Source: a virus (Duplodnaviria > Caudoviricetes). From it: a DNA stretch of 47,426 nt. A program made the translations under genes and the position numbers. The notes beneath the pieces were generated by a model. It searched no databases. It had not been told where the DNA came from and worked only from the letters and a program-made list of their open reading frames with translations. Positions 33,654 through 42,343 of this stretch are shown here, piece by piece. Each line of letters opens with the position of its first letter. Position 1 is the stretch's first letter. Location of the stretch: the IMG/VR virus record IMGVR_UViG_3300032024_000059, positions 1 to 47,426 of that record. The stretch is one strand, 5' to 3'.

Positions 33654-35466
33654 GGTTCAACTCCTGCAGGTGGGCCCAGTCGGTATCGTAATACTCAGCG
33701 GAGGCGAGCATGGGGACCTTGAACTCAGGGTTGTGCTCCATCACTCGCTTGACCTCCCGGAGGACTGGGAGGTGGTCCTCCCTCCGGCCCGGGAGTTTGA
33801 ACTGTGCTTCATCGTGGATGGTGACGGTCATGTGCCCACCCGCGGCCTTGACCAACGGGTACACGTTCACGAGCGCGCGACGCATGATGTCAGCGCCACT
33901 CATCTGACAGAGGGTGTTCAGCGCCTTGTACGCCTCGTCCAAGGTGAGGTGACGACACCCACCGAGGGCGTCCCGGACGATGCCGCTCCGTCTGATGAGG
34001 TCTTCCAGCTTCCGCTTGAGCGCCTTCGCCGACGGAATCTTGGCGTGGTAGGCGTCAAGGATGGCCTTCGCCTTCTCCTTGGTGGTGAGGAGCTTGCGCG
34101 CGAGCTTGTCGAGTCCCATCCCGTACAGGATGCCGAAGTTGATGTGCTTGGCGAGGTCACGGAGGAGGTTGAGCATCAACCCCACTTCGGCGTGGATGTC
34201 GAACAGCGGGTTGTTCAGGTAGCCCTGAATCAACCGAGGCTCACCCGAGTAGTGGGCGAACATGCGGTACTCAACCTGCGAGTAGTCGAACGAGTAGTTG
34301 ACCCAGTCCGTCTCGCAGACGAAGACCTCACGGATGAGCTTCGCCCAATCGGAGCGGTACGGGATGTTCTGGAGGTTGGGCTTGGACGCCGTGAAGCGAC
34401 GTGTGCCGGCGATGCACTTGTTGAGGTTGCCGAAGAGGACGCCGTCCACCTGATGCTCGTAGCTCCACGGCAGGAGGAAGGTGCTGAGCAGGGTGTCACA
34501 CTCGCGCCACTCCCGGACTGACTCGATGAGAGGCGTGTAGGGACCCTTGAGCGAGCTCAGCCACTTGAGCACGTCATCGTCAAGTGAGCCCTCCTTCTCC
34601 AAGTCCTTGTGCATCGGGAGGCCGTACTCGCCGAAGAGGATGCCAAAGAGAGCGGTGTGCGAGGAGAGGTCCACCGGGCGACCGATGGTGGAGGTGATGG
34701 ACTTGTAGTGTGCACCCTTCTCCGCACCAATCTGCTGGATGAGTTGCTCTGCCCGGTCGCCGTCGTACTGGAGTCCGGTCTCCTGCATGTCAGCCACAGC
34801 GCGGTTGAGCTCGCTGTCCGTCAGGACAAGCTGGAGCATCCCCGCCTTCTCCACCATCGGGCGGAAGTGCTTGTAGAGGTCGTATGCGTCAGTCACGTCC
34901 TCAATGTTGTACGGGACCTCCAGCTCCATCGGGTTGAGCTCGTGACCCCTCTGGTGAGTGCCGAGGTTGAGGTCCATCCACGTGTGGAGGGCATCGGCGT
35001 AGGGGGTCCCACGCTTGAGGAGGGCCTCGACGAGGGCCTTTTGGCCGTGCGACTCCATTCGCTCATCGAGGGCGAAAGCGGCGTCGAGGTTGTCCCAAAG
35101 CTGGCCACCGATGTCGAACCCGAGCGCCCACGAGTGGCTGAGCTCGTTCGTGAGGTTGTGCCCGATGGTCAGACCCGTACGAGCACGGAGACCATCGGCG
35201 ACCGCACGGAGACCGTTCTCCCCAGTGAGGCGGAAGTCCACCACCCTGGCGCCCTTGTCGGGGGCGAAGAACCCGGCCATGAACGAGCGGGCCCCGCGTC
35301 TGGTCTCCAGACCATCCGCCTCGTAATCGAGCACGAGCACTGGGGACCCAGCGACCCACTTGGAGAGGGCCTCAAGGTGATGAGGGCGCACGAGGCGCTT
35401 GTCATCAATCCACTGAGGTCCGCTCGCAGCGGCCATCGCTGCCCCGAGCCCGAGCTCGCCGCTCAC
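33616..35466 (-). CDS. DNA polymerase family A with 3'-5' exonuclease
   Basis: Exo I LDYE, motif A FDYSQVEYR, motif B R..AKHINFGILYG, motif C IHDE; start GTG 35466 or ATG 35436. Confidence 0.95.
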   Translation of the reverse strand: MSGELGLGAAMAAASGPQWIDDKRLVRPHHLEALSKWVAGSPVLVLDYEADGLETRRGARSFMAGFFAPDKGARVVDFRLTGENGLRAVADGLRARTGLTIGHNLTNELSHSWALGFDIGGQLWDNLDAAFALDERMESHGQKALVEALLKRGTPYADALHTWMDLNLGTHQRGHELNPMELEVPYNIEDVTDAYDLYKHFRPMVEKAGMLQLVLTDSELNRAVADMQETGLQYDGDRAEQLIQQIGAEKGAHYKSITSTIGRPVDLSSHTALFGILFGEYGLPMHKDLEKEGSLDDDVLKWLSSLKGPYTPLIESVREWRECDTLLSTFLLPWSYEHQVDGVLFGNLNKCIAGTRRFTASKPNLQNIPYRSDWAKLIREVFVCETDWVNYSFDYSQVEYRMFAHYSGEPRLIQGYLNNPLFDIHAEVGLMLNLLRDLAKHINFGILYGMGLDKLARKLLTTKEKAKAILDAYHAKIPSAKALKRKLEDLIRRSGIVRDALGGCRHLTLDEAYKALNTLCQMSGADIMRRALVNVYPLVKAAGGHMTVTIHDEAQFKLPGRREDHLPVLREVKRVMEHNPEFKVPMLASAEYYDTDWAHLQELNLEAAQPQTRGRA

Positions 35467-35711
35467 AGTGGCCACCCGTTGACCGCGAAGTACGCCACGG
35501 CAGCGGCGAGCATCGCGGCACCAAGTCCGAGGAACGCCCCCGTGATGACGCCGCTCTTGTAGGAGTCCCACCGGCGACCCGTGAGGTCATTCACGATGGC
35601 GAAGTGGAACTCCTTGGTGACCATCCCGCTACTGTGGGAGCAGACATAGACGTGGTGCATGTCCACGTCCATCTTCCCACAGTACGCACAGCACGTTCGG
35701 AGCGAGGGCAT
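35463..35711 (-). CDS. small membrane protein
   Basis: CAYC N-terminus, C-terminal TM segment; TGATG overlap with the clamp gene. Confidence 0.5.
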   Translation of the reverse strand: MPSLRTCCAYCGKMDVDMHHVYVCSHSSGMVTKEFHFAIVNDLTGRRWDSYKSGVITGAFLGLGAAMLAAAVAYFAVNGWPL

Positions 35712-36736
35712 CACGGACTCAGGGGGGCAAGGAGGGCTTCGTAGCCTGCGGTCTCCCCGCAGAAGTAGAAGGGAATCTGAGCGCCGTTCCCGGGCGCCCA
35801 ACTCTCGGCGTACTGGATGAGTTGGTTGGCGAGCTCAGCGTTGATGCCCTTGTAGGGGAACGAGGTGCCCTCTGGAGCGAGCAACTCATAGCCCTCGGCC
35901 GTGGAGGACTTGAGCGTCAACTCCAGCCCAAGCGCCTTACAGGACATCCAGACCTGTTTCAGCGGCTCACCCGTGAGCAGGCTCAAACGAGTGAAGGCGG
36001 AGACCATCCCGTCCGGGATGGGAGTGACCACCCGTCCCTCAGCGACCATGCCGAAGAACTTGTCAAACTGAGCCTGCGGGTACTCGGCGCCGTCACGGAG
36101 ACGGGCGAGGAAGGTGAGGTTGACGTAGTCGAACACCGCGAGCGAGTCCCGGACCGCCACGCGCTTGGGGTTGCCGAGGCGGATGAGTTCCCCCACCGCC
36201 TTCTTGGGGAGCATGAAGGGGGCGACGTTGAGACCGGGGACAGTGCAGCGGACCACCTGCTTCCCGTTCCCGCCGTACACCTTGTCCCCCGAGACGAAGA
36301 GGGAGGAGAGCGAGCGGTTGTTCTCATCGTCGCTGACGCCGATGAGGCACCGCTCCACCGCCTCCTTGAACCCGGCCGGGACCTCCCTCCAGTCCTCCGG
36401 CTTGACGGAGACCTTGGGCTTGGGGAACTCCTCGTTGAGCTGGGCGATGTGGGACGTGTGGCGTCCACACTTGATGGTGATGCGCTCGCCCACGGTCAGC
36501 TCAATCTCCTCCTCCTCCAACTGCTGGAGCAACTGGAGGAAGGTGGACGCCTTCACGTTGAAGGACTTCTCCACGGTGGTGGTCATCTTCGCGCGGATGC
36601 CAATCTCAGAGTCGTAGCCGAGCACCGAGTCACCAGAGACGAGGACGTGCGTGAGGATGGGCACGAACCCCTTGGCAGCGACGGCGCCCTTGACTTGTTC
36701 GAGGGCCTGCACCAGCTCTGTGCGGGAGACCTTCAT
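35711..36736 (-). CDS. dnaN: DNA polymerase III beta sliding clamp-like protein
   Basis: VSRTELVQAL..V..AV......PILTHVL...YDSEIGI; EEFP; LIARL..G.YP-type motif; 341 aa. Confidence 0.82.
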   Translation of the reverse strand: MKVSRTELVQALEQVKGAVAAKGFVPILTHVLVSGDSVLGYDSEIGIRAKMTTTVEKSFNVKASTFLQLLQQLEEEEIELTVGERITIKCGRHTSHIAQLNEEFPKPKVSVKPEDWREVPAGFKEAVERCLIGVSDDENNRSLSSLFVSGDKVYGGNGKQVVRCTVPGLNVAPFMLPKKAVGELIRLGNPKRVAVRDSLAVFDYVNLTFLARLRDGAEYPQAQFDKFFGMVAEGRVVTPIPDGMVSAFTRLSLLTGEPLKQVWMSCKALGLELTLKSSTAEGYELLAPEGTSFPYKGINAELANQLIQYAESWAPGNGAQIPFYFCGETAGYEALLAPLSP

Positions 36737-37026
36737 CGCTTGGACTCGGCGAGGACCTTCTCCACGAACTCCGTGGCCTCGGTGTTGAGGCGGGAGAGAA
36801 GCTCGGCAGCGTCATCCTCGGGGAGTGCGGTGGCGTAGTCCGTCACCACCTTGAAGCACTCGATGAACCCCGCGAAGAACGCCTTGCGCATCTCATCCTG
36901 CTGGAGGGGAGACGCGTTGAGGGGGAGGACCGCCTGAGCGAAGAGCGCCCAGAGGAGGTTGATGCTCATGTCCTTGGACTGGACGAGGTCAGGGTAGTTC
37001 AGCGGGCGGGGAGTGGTGGTGCTCAT
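36733..37026 (-). CDS. conserved hypothetical phage protein
   Basis: W......VLP..A...Q..EMRKAFFAG pattern; ATGA overlaps. Confidence 0.6.
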   Translation of the reverse strand: MSTTTPRPLNYPDLVQSKDMSINLLWALFAQAVLPLNASPLQQDEMRKAFFAGFIECFKVVTDYATALPEDDAAELLSRLNTEATEFVEKVLAESKR

Positions 37027-38027
37027 TCTTTCCTCTTCGGTGGTGTGTAGCTGGGGAACGGGACCCCATCGATGATGTCCATGACGGCCTTCCACATCGG
37101 CGTGGGCTTCACCTTCTGTGCGTGATACGTGAACATGCGGTTGAGACGCTTGGTGTACAAGAACTCCTCAATGGCCATGTCCAACATGCCAGCGAGGTAC
37201 ATCGTCATCTGTGGCCACGGCCACGAGGGGTTGGGTCCGAAGGTCCTCCCGTAGGACGCCTCCTCGTACGCCATGGTGAAGAGGGACGCCTCCGGGTTCG
37301 ACCACTCACGGAGCTTGAGCACCCGGGCGTACTCATCGTAGGTGACCGCACAGAACTCACGGCGTGACCAGTGCTGATTGATGAGCTCCTCCATGGTGAA
37401 CCCGTATCGCTCCACCTCTTTGCGAATGGCCGCTTGATTGGCGGGGGTCTCTGTGTTGTAGTGCTGCCCCGCGTCTGCCGTCCGGGGGGACTTCCCCGAG
37501 ACCTGCACCCGCCACGGCTTCCCGTCCCGGGTGTACACGATGGACCCGAAGGCGCCCACTTGGAGCCACGCAGACGAGTCCACCGAGTACCACGGGTAGC
37601 GGGACATCAGCTCGAACGTGGTCAGGCCGAAGCCGTGGACCTTGATGACCGGCTCTCCCTCAGCGTTGGTGAGGTAGTTGTCAAAGAGCTCATCGAGCCA
37701 CGGGAAGAGGTCGCGCTTGTTGATGGGCACCATCCCACCGAGCGCGATTTGGTCATGCCCCTTGAGGAGGTACTTGATGAGCCACTTGGGGTCCTCCCCG
37801 TAGTGGAAGCAGGGGACGGGAGTGAGGCCAGCATCCTCCATCCGGTTCTGCGCCTCCCACGTCCCCTCAGCAGACCCGATGACATCGAGGACGGCGTAGT
37901 GGTCAATGTAGCGAGCGTGCTTCTTGAGCCACTCACAGTAGTGGGGGAGGGACTGCTGCTCCCCCAGTGTGAAGGCTGAGAAAGCACCCGAGTCCATCCA
38001 CACCATCTGACGTCGTTCGGTGGTCAC
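37023..38027 (-). CDS. dpdA: DpdA / TGT-like DNA base-exchange transglycosylase
   Basis: MDSGAFS, LDVI, VPCFH.GE, ALGG, VHGFG, YPWYSVDSSAW; adjacent to queC/folE/queE/queD. Confidence 0.85.
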   Translation of the reverse strand: MTTERRQMVWMDSGAFSAFTLGEQQSLPHYCEWLKKHARYIDHYAVLDVIGSAEGTWEAQNRMEDAGLTPVPCFHYGEDPKWLIKYLLKGHDQIALGGMVPINKRDLFPWLDELFDNYLTNAEGEPVIKVHGFGLTTFELMSRYPWYSVDSSAWLQVGAFGSIVYTRDGKPWRVQVSGKSPRTADAGQHYNTETPANQAAIRKEVERYGFTMEELINQHWSRREFCAVTYDEYARVLKLREWSNPEASLFTMAYEEASYGRTFGPNPSWPWPQMTMYLAGMLDMAIEEFLYTKRLNRMFTYHAQKVKPTPMWKAVMDIIDGVPFPSYTPPKRKE

Positions 38028-38031
38028 CCGT

Positions 38032-38844
38032 TCACCCCGGCCCGCAACACTCATTGCACCCGACGCCGTTGCACAGGCAGCGGGAGTGGGTGGTGGTTGG
38101 TGCCTTCACCGGGGGCAGGTCATCGAGGTCATCCACGTTCGGCTCAGGCATGTACGCCGTGGGGTCCTTCACGTGGGCGAGGGCGAACGCCTCCTTGCGC
38201 TCCACGCACGTCCCACACTTCCCACAGTGGAGGACGTGGCGGCCGAAGTCCGAGAAGGGCTGGGGGTCGTAGCAGGACCACGTCTCCTCAAAGGGAGTCC
38301 CGAGCCGGGAACCGATGGAGCAGATTTGTGCCTTGGTCATGTCGATGAACGGAGCAGCCAACCGCACGTGCGTCCAGTCAGCGAGGATGATGGCCTTGGC
38401 GAGCGCCTCAGCGAAGGCGGGCCGGCAGTCAGGGTAGATGGCGTGGTCACCACCGTGGGCACCGTAGGCCAGCGTCTCCGCCTTGATGCTCATCGCGTGA
38501 CCAGCGGCGATGGAGAGCATGACCATGTTGCGGTTAGGCACCACGGTCTTCTTCATCGTCTCATCCGTGTAGTGGCCGTGCGGGACCGGGATGGACGAGT
38601 CCGTCTGGGAGGACCCTCCCAGCACCTTCCCGAGGGAGGAGAGGTTGACCTCCGTGTGAGAGGCCGACTTCCCGAAGTGGGCGACCGCACGGGCCGATTC
38701 GAGCTCTCGGCGGTGACGCTGCCCGTAGTCGAACGAGATGGTGTGGACCTCGTACCCAAGCGCCTTGTAGAAGGTGAGCAGGACTGCCGAGTCCATCCCA
38801 CCGCTCAGGACCACCACGACCTTGGAGGGCTCAGAAGTCGGCAT
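38032..38844 (-). CDS. queC: 7-cyano-7-deazaguanine synthase
   Basis: LSGGMDS, FDYGQRH, VPNRN, YPDCR, TWSCY, CGKCGTC..R. Confidence 0.95.
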   Translation of the reverse strand: MPTSEPSKVVVVLSGGMDSAVLLTFYKALGYEVHTISFDYGQRHRRELESARAVAHFGKSASHTEVNLSSLGKVLGGSSQTDSSIPVPHGHYTDETMKKTVVPNRNMVMLSIAAGHAMSIKAETLAYGAHGGDHAIYPDCRPAFAEALAKAIILADWTHVRLAAPFIDMTKAQICSIGSRLGTPFEETWSCYDPQPFSDFGRHVLHCGKCGTCVERKEAFALAHVKDPTAYMPEPNVDDLDDLPPVKAPTTTHSRCLCNGVGCNECCGPG

Positions 38845-39049
38845 TGGCGTCCGCCGGGGTGTTCACGTCATCGGGGCAGTCCGTCAGGAGCATCAGCGTC
38901 TGCTCAGTCAGGGCGATGACCTCGCCGAGCTTGCGGTAGCGGTTGAACTGCTGCTCCCTCCCGCTCGTCTTGAGGGGAGGCATCGTCTCCAAGGCGTGGG
39001 CTTGGTCGGCCTGCACCGAGCGGAGGAACGAGGTGAGGTCTCTTTTCAT
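38831..39049 (-). CDS. small hypothetical protein inside the que cluster
   Basis: ATG 39049 (MKRDLTSFL...), overlaps the queC start. Confidence 0.5.
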   Translation of the reverse strand: MKRDLTSFLRSVQADQAHALETMPPLKTSGREQQFNRYRKLGEVIALTEQTLMLLTDCPDDVNTPADANADF

Positions 39050-39068
39050 CTCTGCGGTCTTCACGGTG

Positions 39069-39839
39069 CTACTCCTTGGTGACGTGAGCCATGAACTCGG
39101 CTCGGGTGGACGGTTGGGACATGAAGCGACCGGACAGTTGCGGGGTGACCATGAAGGCGTCATCCTGTCGCACACCACGGGACATCATGCAGAAGTGTTG
39201 GGCCTTCATGACGCAGGCCACGTCATCGGTCTCCAGCAGTTCACCGAGGGCCTTGACCACCTGCGACGTGAGGCGCTCCTGATTCTGGAGACGGCGAGCG
39301 TACATCTCCACGAGGCGAGGGAGCTTGGAGAGACCGATGAGCTTTCCATTGGGGATGTAGGCGACCCACGCCTTACCGAAGAACGGGAGGAGGTGGTGCT
39401 CGCAGGTCGAGTAGAACTGGACCGGACCCACGCACACCATGCCCGTGAAGTGCTCATCATTGGCGAACACGGTGAGGAGCTTCTTGGGGTCCGCCGTGTA
39501 CCCGGAGGTAATCTCCCGCCACGCCTTCACCACCCGGCGAGGCGTGTCAAGCAGTCCTTCACGGTCCGGGTTCTCCCCCAGCGCCCGGAGCATGATTTTG
39601 ATTCCCTTCTTGCGTTCCTCATCGAGGATGTGCTCTGCTTCGACCTTTTCCACGCGAGCCATCACGGCCTCCACGAGGCCAGCGGGGTTCTCGATGAAGC
39701 GACCACCCTTCCCGTCACACTGACGGCAGAGGGCAGTCTCGTACTCGTTGTTGGTGCCGACGATGCCCCCGCCCTTGCACTCGGAGCACTTCACCCACTT
39801 GCGGTCATCGTCTCCTGTGAGGTGGACGTGTCCGGTCAT
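39069..39839 (-). CDS. folE: GTP cyclohydrolase I with N-terminal CxxCxGxG zinc finger
   Basis: [50 protein letters not shown]. Confidence 0.95.
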   Translation of the reverse strand: MTGHVHLTGDDDRKWVKCSECKGGGIVGTNNEYETALCRQCDGKGGRFIENPAGLVEAVMARVEKVEAEHILDEERKKGIKIMLRALGENPDREGLLDTPRRVVKAWREITSGYTADPKKLLTVFANDEHFTGMVCVGPVQFYSTCEHHLLPFFGKAWVAYIPNGKLIGLSKLPRLVEMYARRLQNQERLTSQVVKALGELLETDDVACVMKAQHFCMMSRGVRQDDAFMVTPQLSGRFMSQPSTRAEFMAHVTKE

Positions 39840-40585
39840 GGGTTGCCTGCCATCTTGTGGGTCTGGAGGGAGAGGGAGTACCGAGCGGGGTGAGCCATGA
39901 TGAGCTTGGACGCACAGAGCGTCCACTTGGGGGAGAGTGACTCCGGCTGGAGGAAGTTGCGACACCCGGAGACCCAGAGCTGGTCAGGGTCCTCGTTGTA
40001 CATCTTCATGAACGCAGCGTTGACCACCCACTTGACCTCATCAGCGCACATGAGGAGTGGGAGGGGGACAAGCCTGAGCGGGACCTTGGGAGACACACAG
40101 ACGTGGTCCAGCTCAGACATCCACGGAGACCACACGGTCCCCCCAGTCTCGATGCAGACCCGGAACCCGGAGGACTGGAGGACGGCGATGAGCGGCCCAC
40201 AGTTCTGGAGGCCCGGTTCCCCTCCGGTGAGGATGACCAGCGGGTTGAGTTCCCGGAGGAGCTTGGGCATCCACTCCGGGGAGACAGCCGGCGAGCCGGG
40301 TTCACCGAGCGAGCTTGAGGGGATGACCGGGACCATCGACCGGACCCGATTGGCGATGTCCTCCACGGGTCGCTTGGTGAACGCCTCGAACTCAGTGTCA
40401 CAGAACTTGCAGGCGAGGTTGCACTTGGCCAGACGGATGAACACCGCCGCCCTCCCAGTGTTCTCCCCCTCGCCCTGCAGCGAGTAGAAGACCTCATTGA
40501 TGAGGAGGGTGACCCCGGTGGGGTCGAACTGCTGGGGGTCGTACTTCCCCGCAACAACATCGGGACGGAACTCAGGGTCACTCAT
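39836..40585 (-). CDS. queE: 7-carboxy-7-deazaguanine synthase (radical SAM)
   Basis: [32 protein letters not shown]. Confidence 0.95.
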   Translation of the reverse strand: MSDPEFRPDVVAGKYDPQQFDPTGVTLLINEVFYSLQGEGENTGRAAVFIRLAKCNLACKFCDTEFEAFTKRPVEDIANRVRSMVPVIPSSSLGEPGSPAVSPEWMPKLLRELNPLVILTGGEPGLQNCGPLIAVLQSSGFRVCIETGGTVWSPWMSELDHVCVSPKVPLRLVPLPLLMCADEVKWVVNAAFMKMYNEDPDQLWVSGCRNFLQPESLSPKWTLCASKLIMAHPARYSLSLQTHKMAGNP

Positions 40586-41025
40586 GGAAGCCTCACGTAG
40601 TCTGCGTAGGAGGTGGGGGTCTCGTACAGGCGCGCTCGCACGACTGACACCACGCCATCCGTCTCGTGGTGGAGCATCTTGTGGGCCTGCTCAGCGAAGA
40701 ACCGGACGAGGTTCTCTGCCGTGGTGGGCTCATGGAGCCAGAACACCTTGAGCTTGAGCTTGTCGGCGAGGTCTGCGATGGGGTCAGCGTCCGGCCCGGC
40801 CTCGTGGGCGAGGAGTCCGTGGTCAATGACCCGGTCAATCCACCCGCCCACCACGGTCTTGATGACGCCGAAGTCCACGACCCTGCCCACGTCATCGAGC
40901 TTGTAGTTGGGACGCACGGTCAACTCCAGCACATAGCGGTGACCGTGGAGGTTCTTGCACTTCCCCTCGTGGTTGAGCAGCCGATGGGCAGCGTCAAACT
41001 CCAGCCTCTTCGTGATGGTCAGCAA
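40582..41025 (-). CDS. queD: 6-carboxy-5,6,7,8-tetrahydropterin synthase
   Basis: FDAAHRL, CKNLHGHRY, VDFG, DH, PTTAENL, ETPTS; probable TTG start at 41025. Confidence 0.93.
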   Translation of the reverse strand: MLTITKRLEFDAAHRLLNHEGKCKNLHGHRYVLELTVRPNYKLDDVGRVVDFGVIKTVVGGWIDRVIDHGLLAHEAGPDADPIADLADKLKLKVFWLHEPTTAENLVRFFAEQAHKMLHHETDGVVSVVRARLYETPTSYADYVRLP

Positions 41026-41084
41026 TTGATGTCCCTCTCCCTGTATGTGAGGACTGAACCCTAATTGGTGTTCGGGTCCTTGTA

Positions 41085-41131
41085 CACAAAACAAAACGGC
41101 GACCCCGCGTGTGCTCTGCGGGGTCGCCGTT
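41085..41131 (-). terminator. intrinsic terminator after the H1-like gene
   Basis: 13-bp stem ACGGCGACCCCGC/GCGGGGTCGCCGT followed on the minus strand by TTTGTTTTGT. Confidence 0.8.
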
Positions 41132-41148
41132 CCTAGAAATCGAGCGGA

Positions 41149-42192
41149 TTACTTCTTCTTGGTGGTCGCCGCGGCGGGGGCCTTGGAGACGGTGGCACCG
41201 GGGACGTTGACCGTCACGCCCTTCGCCTTGAGGTCGGCAGCCGCCTTCTCCGCGGCAGCCTTCGCCTTCTCGGCGTCCTCCTTCGCCTTCGCCTCGGCCT
41301 TCTCGGCGGTCGCCTTGAGCTTCTCCGCCTTCTTCGCGGCCTTCTTCGCGGCCTTCTCCGTCTCCTTGACGGCCTTCGCCGCCTCGCGGAGCTTGTCGGC
41401 CTCGGCCTTCTTGAGCGCGGCCTCCGGGCTCAGGATGCGCACCTTGGAGTGACCCACGATGTGGATGCCGTAGCGGCCCTTGTCATCGCGGCCGATGGTG
41501 AAGGAGCGGTCCTTCGGCATCCGGTTGAGCTGGGTGTTGATGGTGACCATCATGTCATCCGGCTTGCGGTCCGGGTGAGCCTTGACGAGGCGGGCGAGGA
41601 TTTCCTCCTTGGTCGCCCCGCCCTTGAGGTCGAACGCGCGGTAGATGTTCAGCAGGACGGAGTTGTCCCGGAACTCACCGTGGGCGGTGGTGATGACCTT
41701 GTGCTTCGGCGCCTTCGCCGGGGTCGTGGTGGTGGTCGTTGCGGGGGGAGCATCGGGGGTCTTCGACATGGCGGCTTCTTCCTCGGGTGTGATGTCCACG
41801 ACGAGCATGGACTTGGGGGACAGACCTGCGCGGGAGACCATCTCCCGAATGAGCTTGCCCTTCGCAGCGGTGTAGTCGTTGAGGCAGTTCTTGTCAACCA
41901 CGTACTTCACACCTTCCACGGCGGGCGGGTTGGCGGGACCGTACTTGGCGATGAGGCCGGGGAGGATGGTGGTCATGGCCACCTTCTGCCCTTCCAACTG
42001 GAACTGCTTGAACTGCGCCTGAGTCGCTCGGGGCAGACCGTCAGCGTCCACCTTGACGAACTTGTCCGTGACGGAGGGGAGGTTGGTCACCACCGTCACG
42101 CCCGGAGCGGGGTGAGCGATGGTCATCTTGGCAACCGGGGCGGTGGACTTCTTGGAGGTGCCAGGGGTCTTCTTCGTGGTCTTGGTCGGCAT
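41149..42192 (-). CDS. basic DNA-binding protein with winged-helix-like core and histone-H1-like Ala/Lys tail
   Basis: CAGGAG RBS + ATG 42192; ATKEEILARL...M..TINTQL core; KAAKKAAKKAEK tail. Confidence 0.75.
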   Translation of the reverse strand: MPTKTTKKTPGTSKKSTAPVAKMTIAHPAPGVTVVTNLPSVTDKFVKVDADGLPRATQAQFKQFQLEGQKVAMTTILPGLIAKYGPANPPAVEGVKYVVDKNCLNDYTAAKGKLIREMVSRAGLSPKSMLVVDITPEEEAAMSKTPDAPPATTTTTTPAKAPKHKVITTAHGEFRDNSVLLNIYRAFDLKGGATKEEILARLVKAHPDRKPDDMMVTINTQLNRMPKDRSFTIGRDDKGRYGIHIVGHSKVRILSPEAALKKAEADKLREAAKAVKETEKAAKKAAKKAEKLKATAEKAEAKAKEDAEKAKAAAEKAAADLKAKGVTVNVPGATVSKAPAAATTKKK

Positions 42193-42229
42193 GGTGTTTC
42201 TCCTGTATCGTGGTTGGTGCAGCGACTCG

Positions 42230-42264
42230 AACTTACTGCGGTGGAGCGGGATGTCAAGTCCCGC
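42230..42264 (-). promoter_or_regulatory. sigma70-like promoter with -35 inside an inverted repeat
   Basis: TTGACA-16 nt-TAAGTT; the -35 is flanked by GCGGGA/TCCCGC. Confidence 0.5.
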
Positions 42265-42267
42265 GAT

Positions 42268-42337
42268 TGGACCCAGAGGGACTCGAACCCTCTTGCCGTG
42301 GATTCTAGGTTCCCGGCAAGTCACCCGAACTGAGCCC
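42268..42337 (-). ncRNA. D-armless tRNA-like / tmRNA-TLD-like RNA with G3-U70 and A73
   Basis: GGGCTCA / GTTCGGGTGAC / TTGCCGGGA-ACCTAGAA-TCCACGGCAA / GAGGG-TTCGAGT-CCCTC / TGGGTCC A; no encoded CCA. Confidence 0.65.
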
Positions 42338-42343
42338 GACTAC

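Noticed and set aside
41026-41095. preQ1 riboswitch upstream of queD
   Set aside because: No preQ1-I stem-loop with A-rich tail; only a weak hairpin after the terminator.
42300-42315. Amber-suppressor tRNA implying stop-codon recoding
   Set aside because: Genes are intact in the standard code; the TAG stops checked (scaffold 23290, folE 39069) are not in frame with the next gene; the loop lacks U33.
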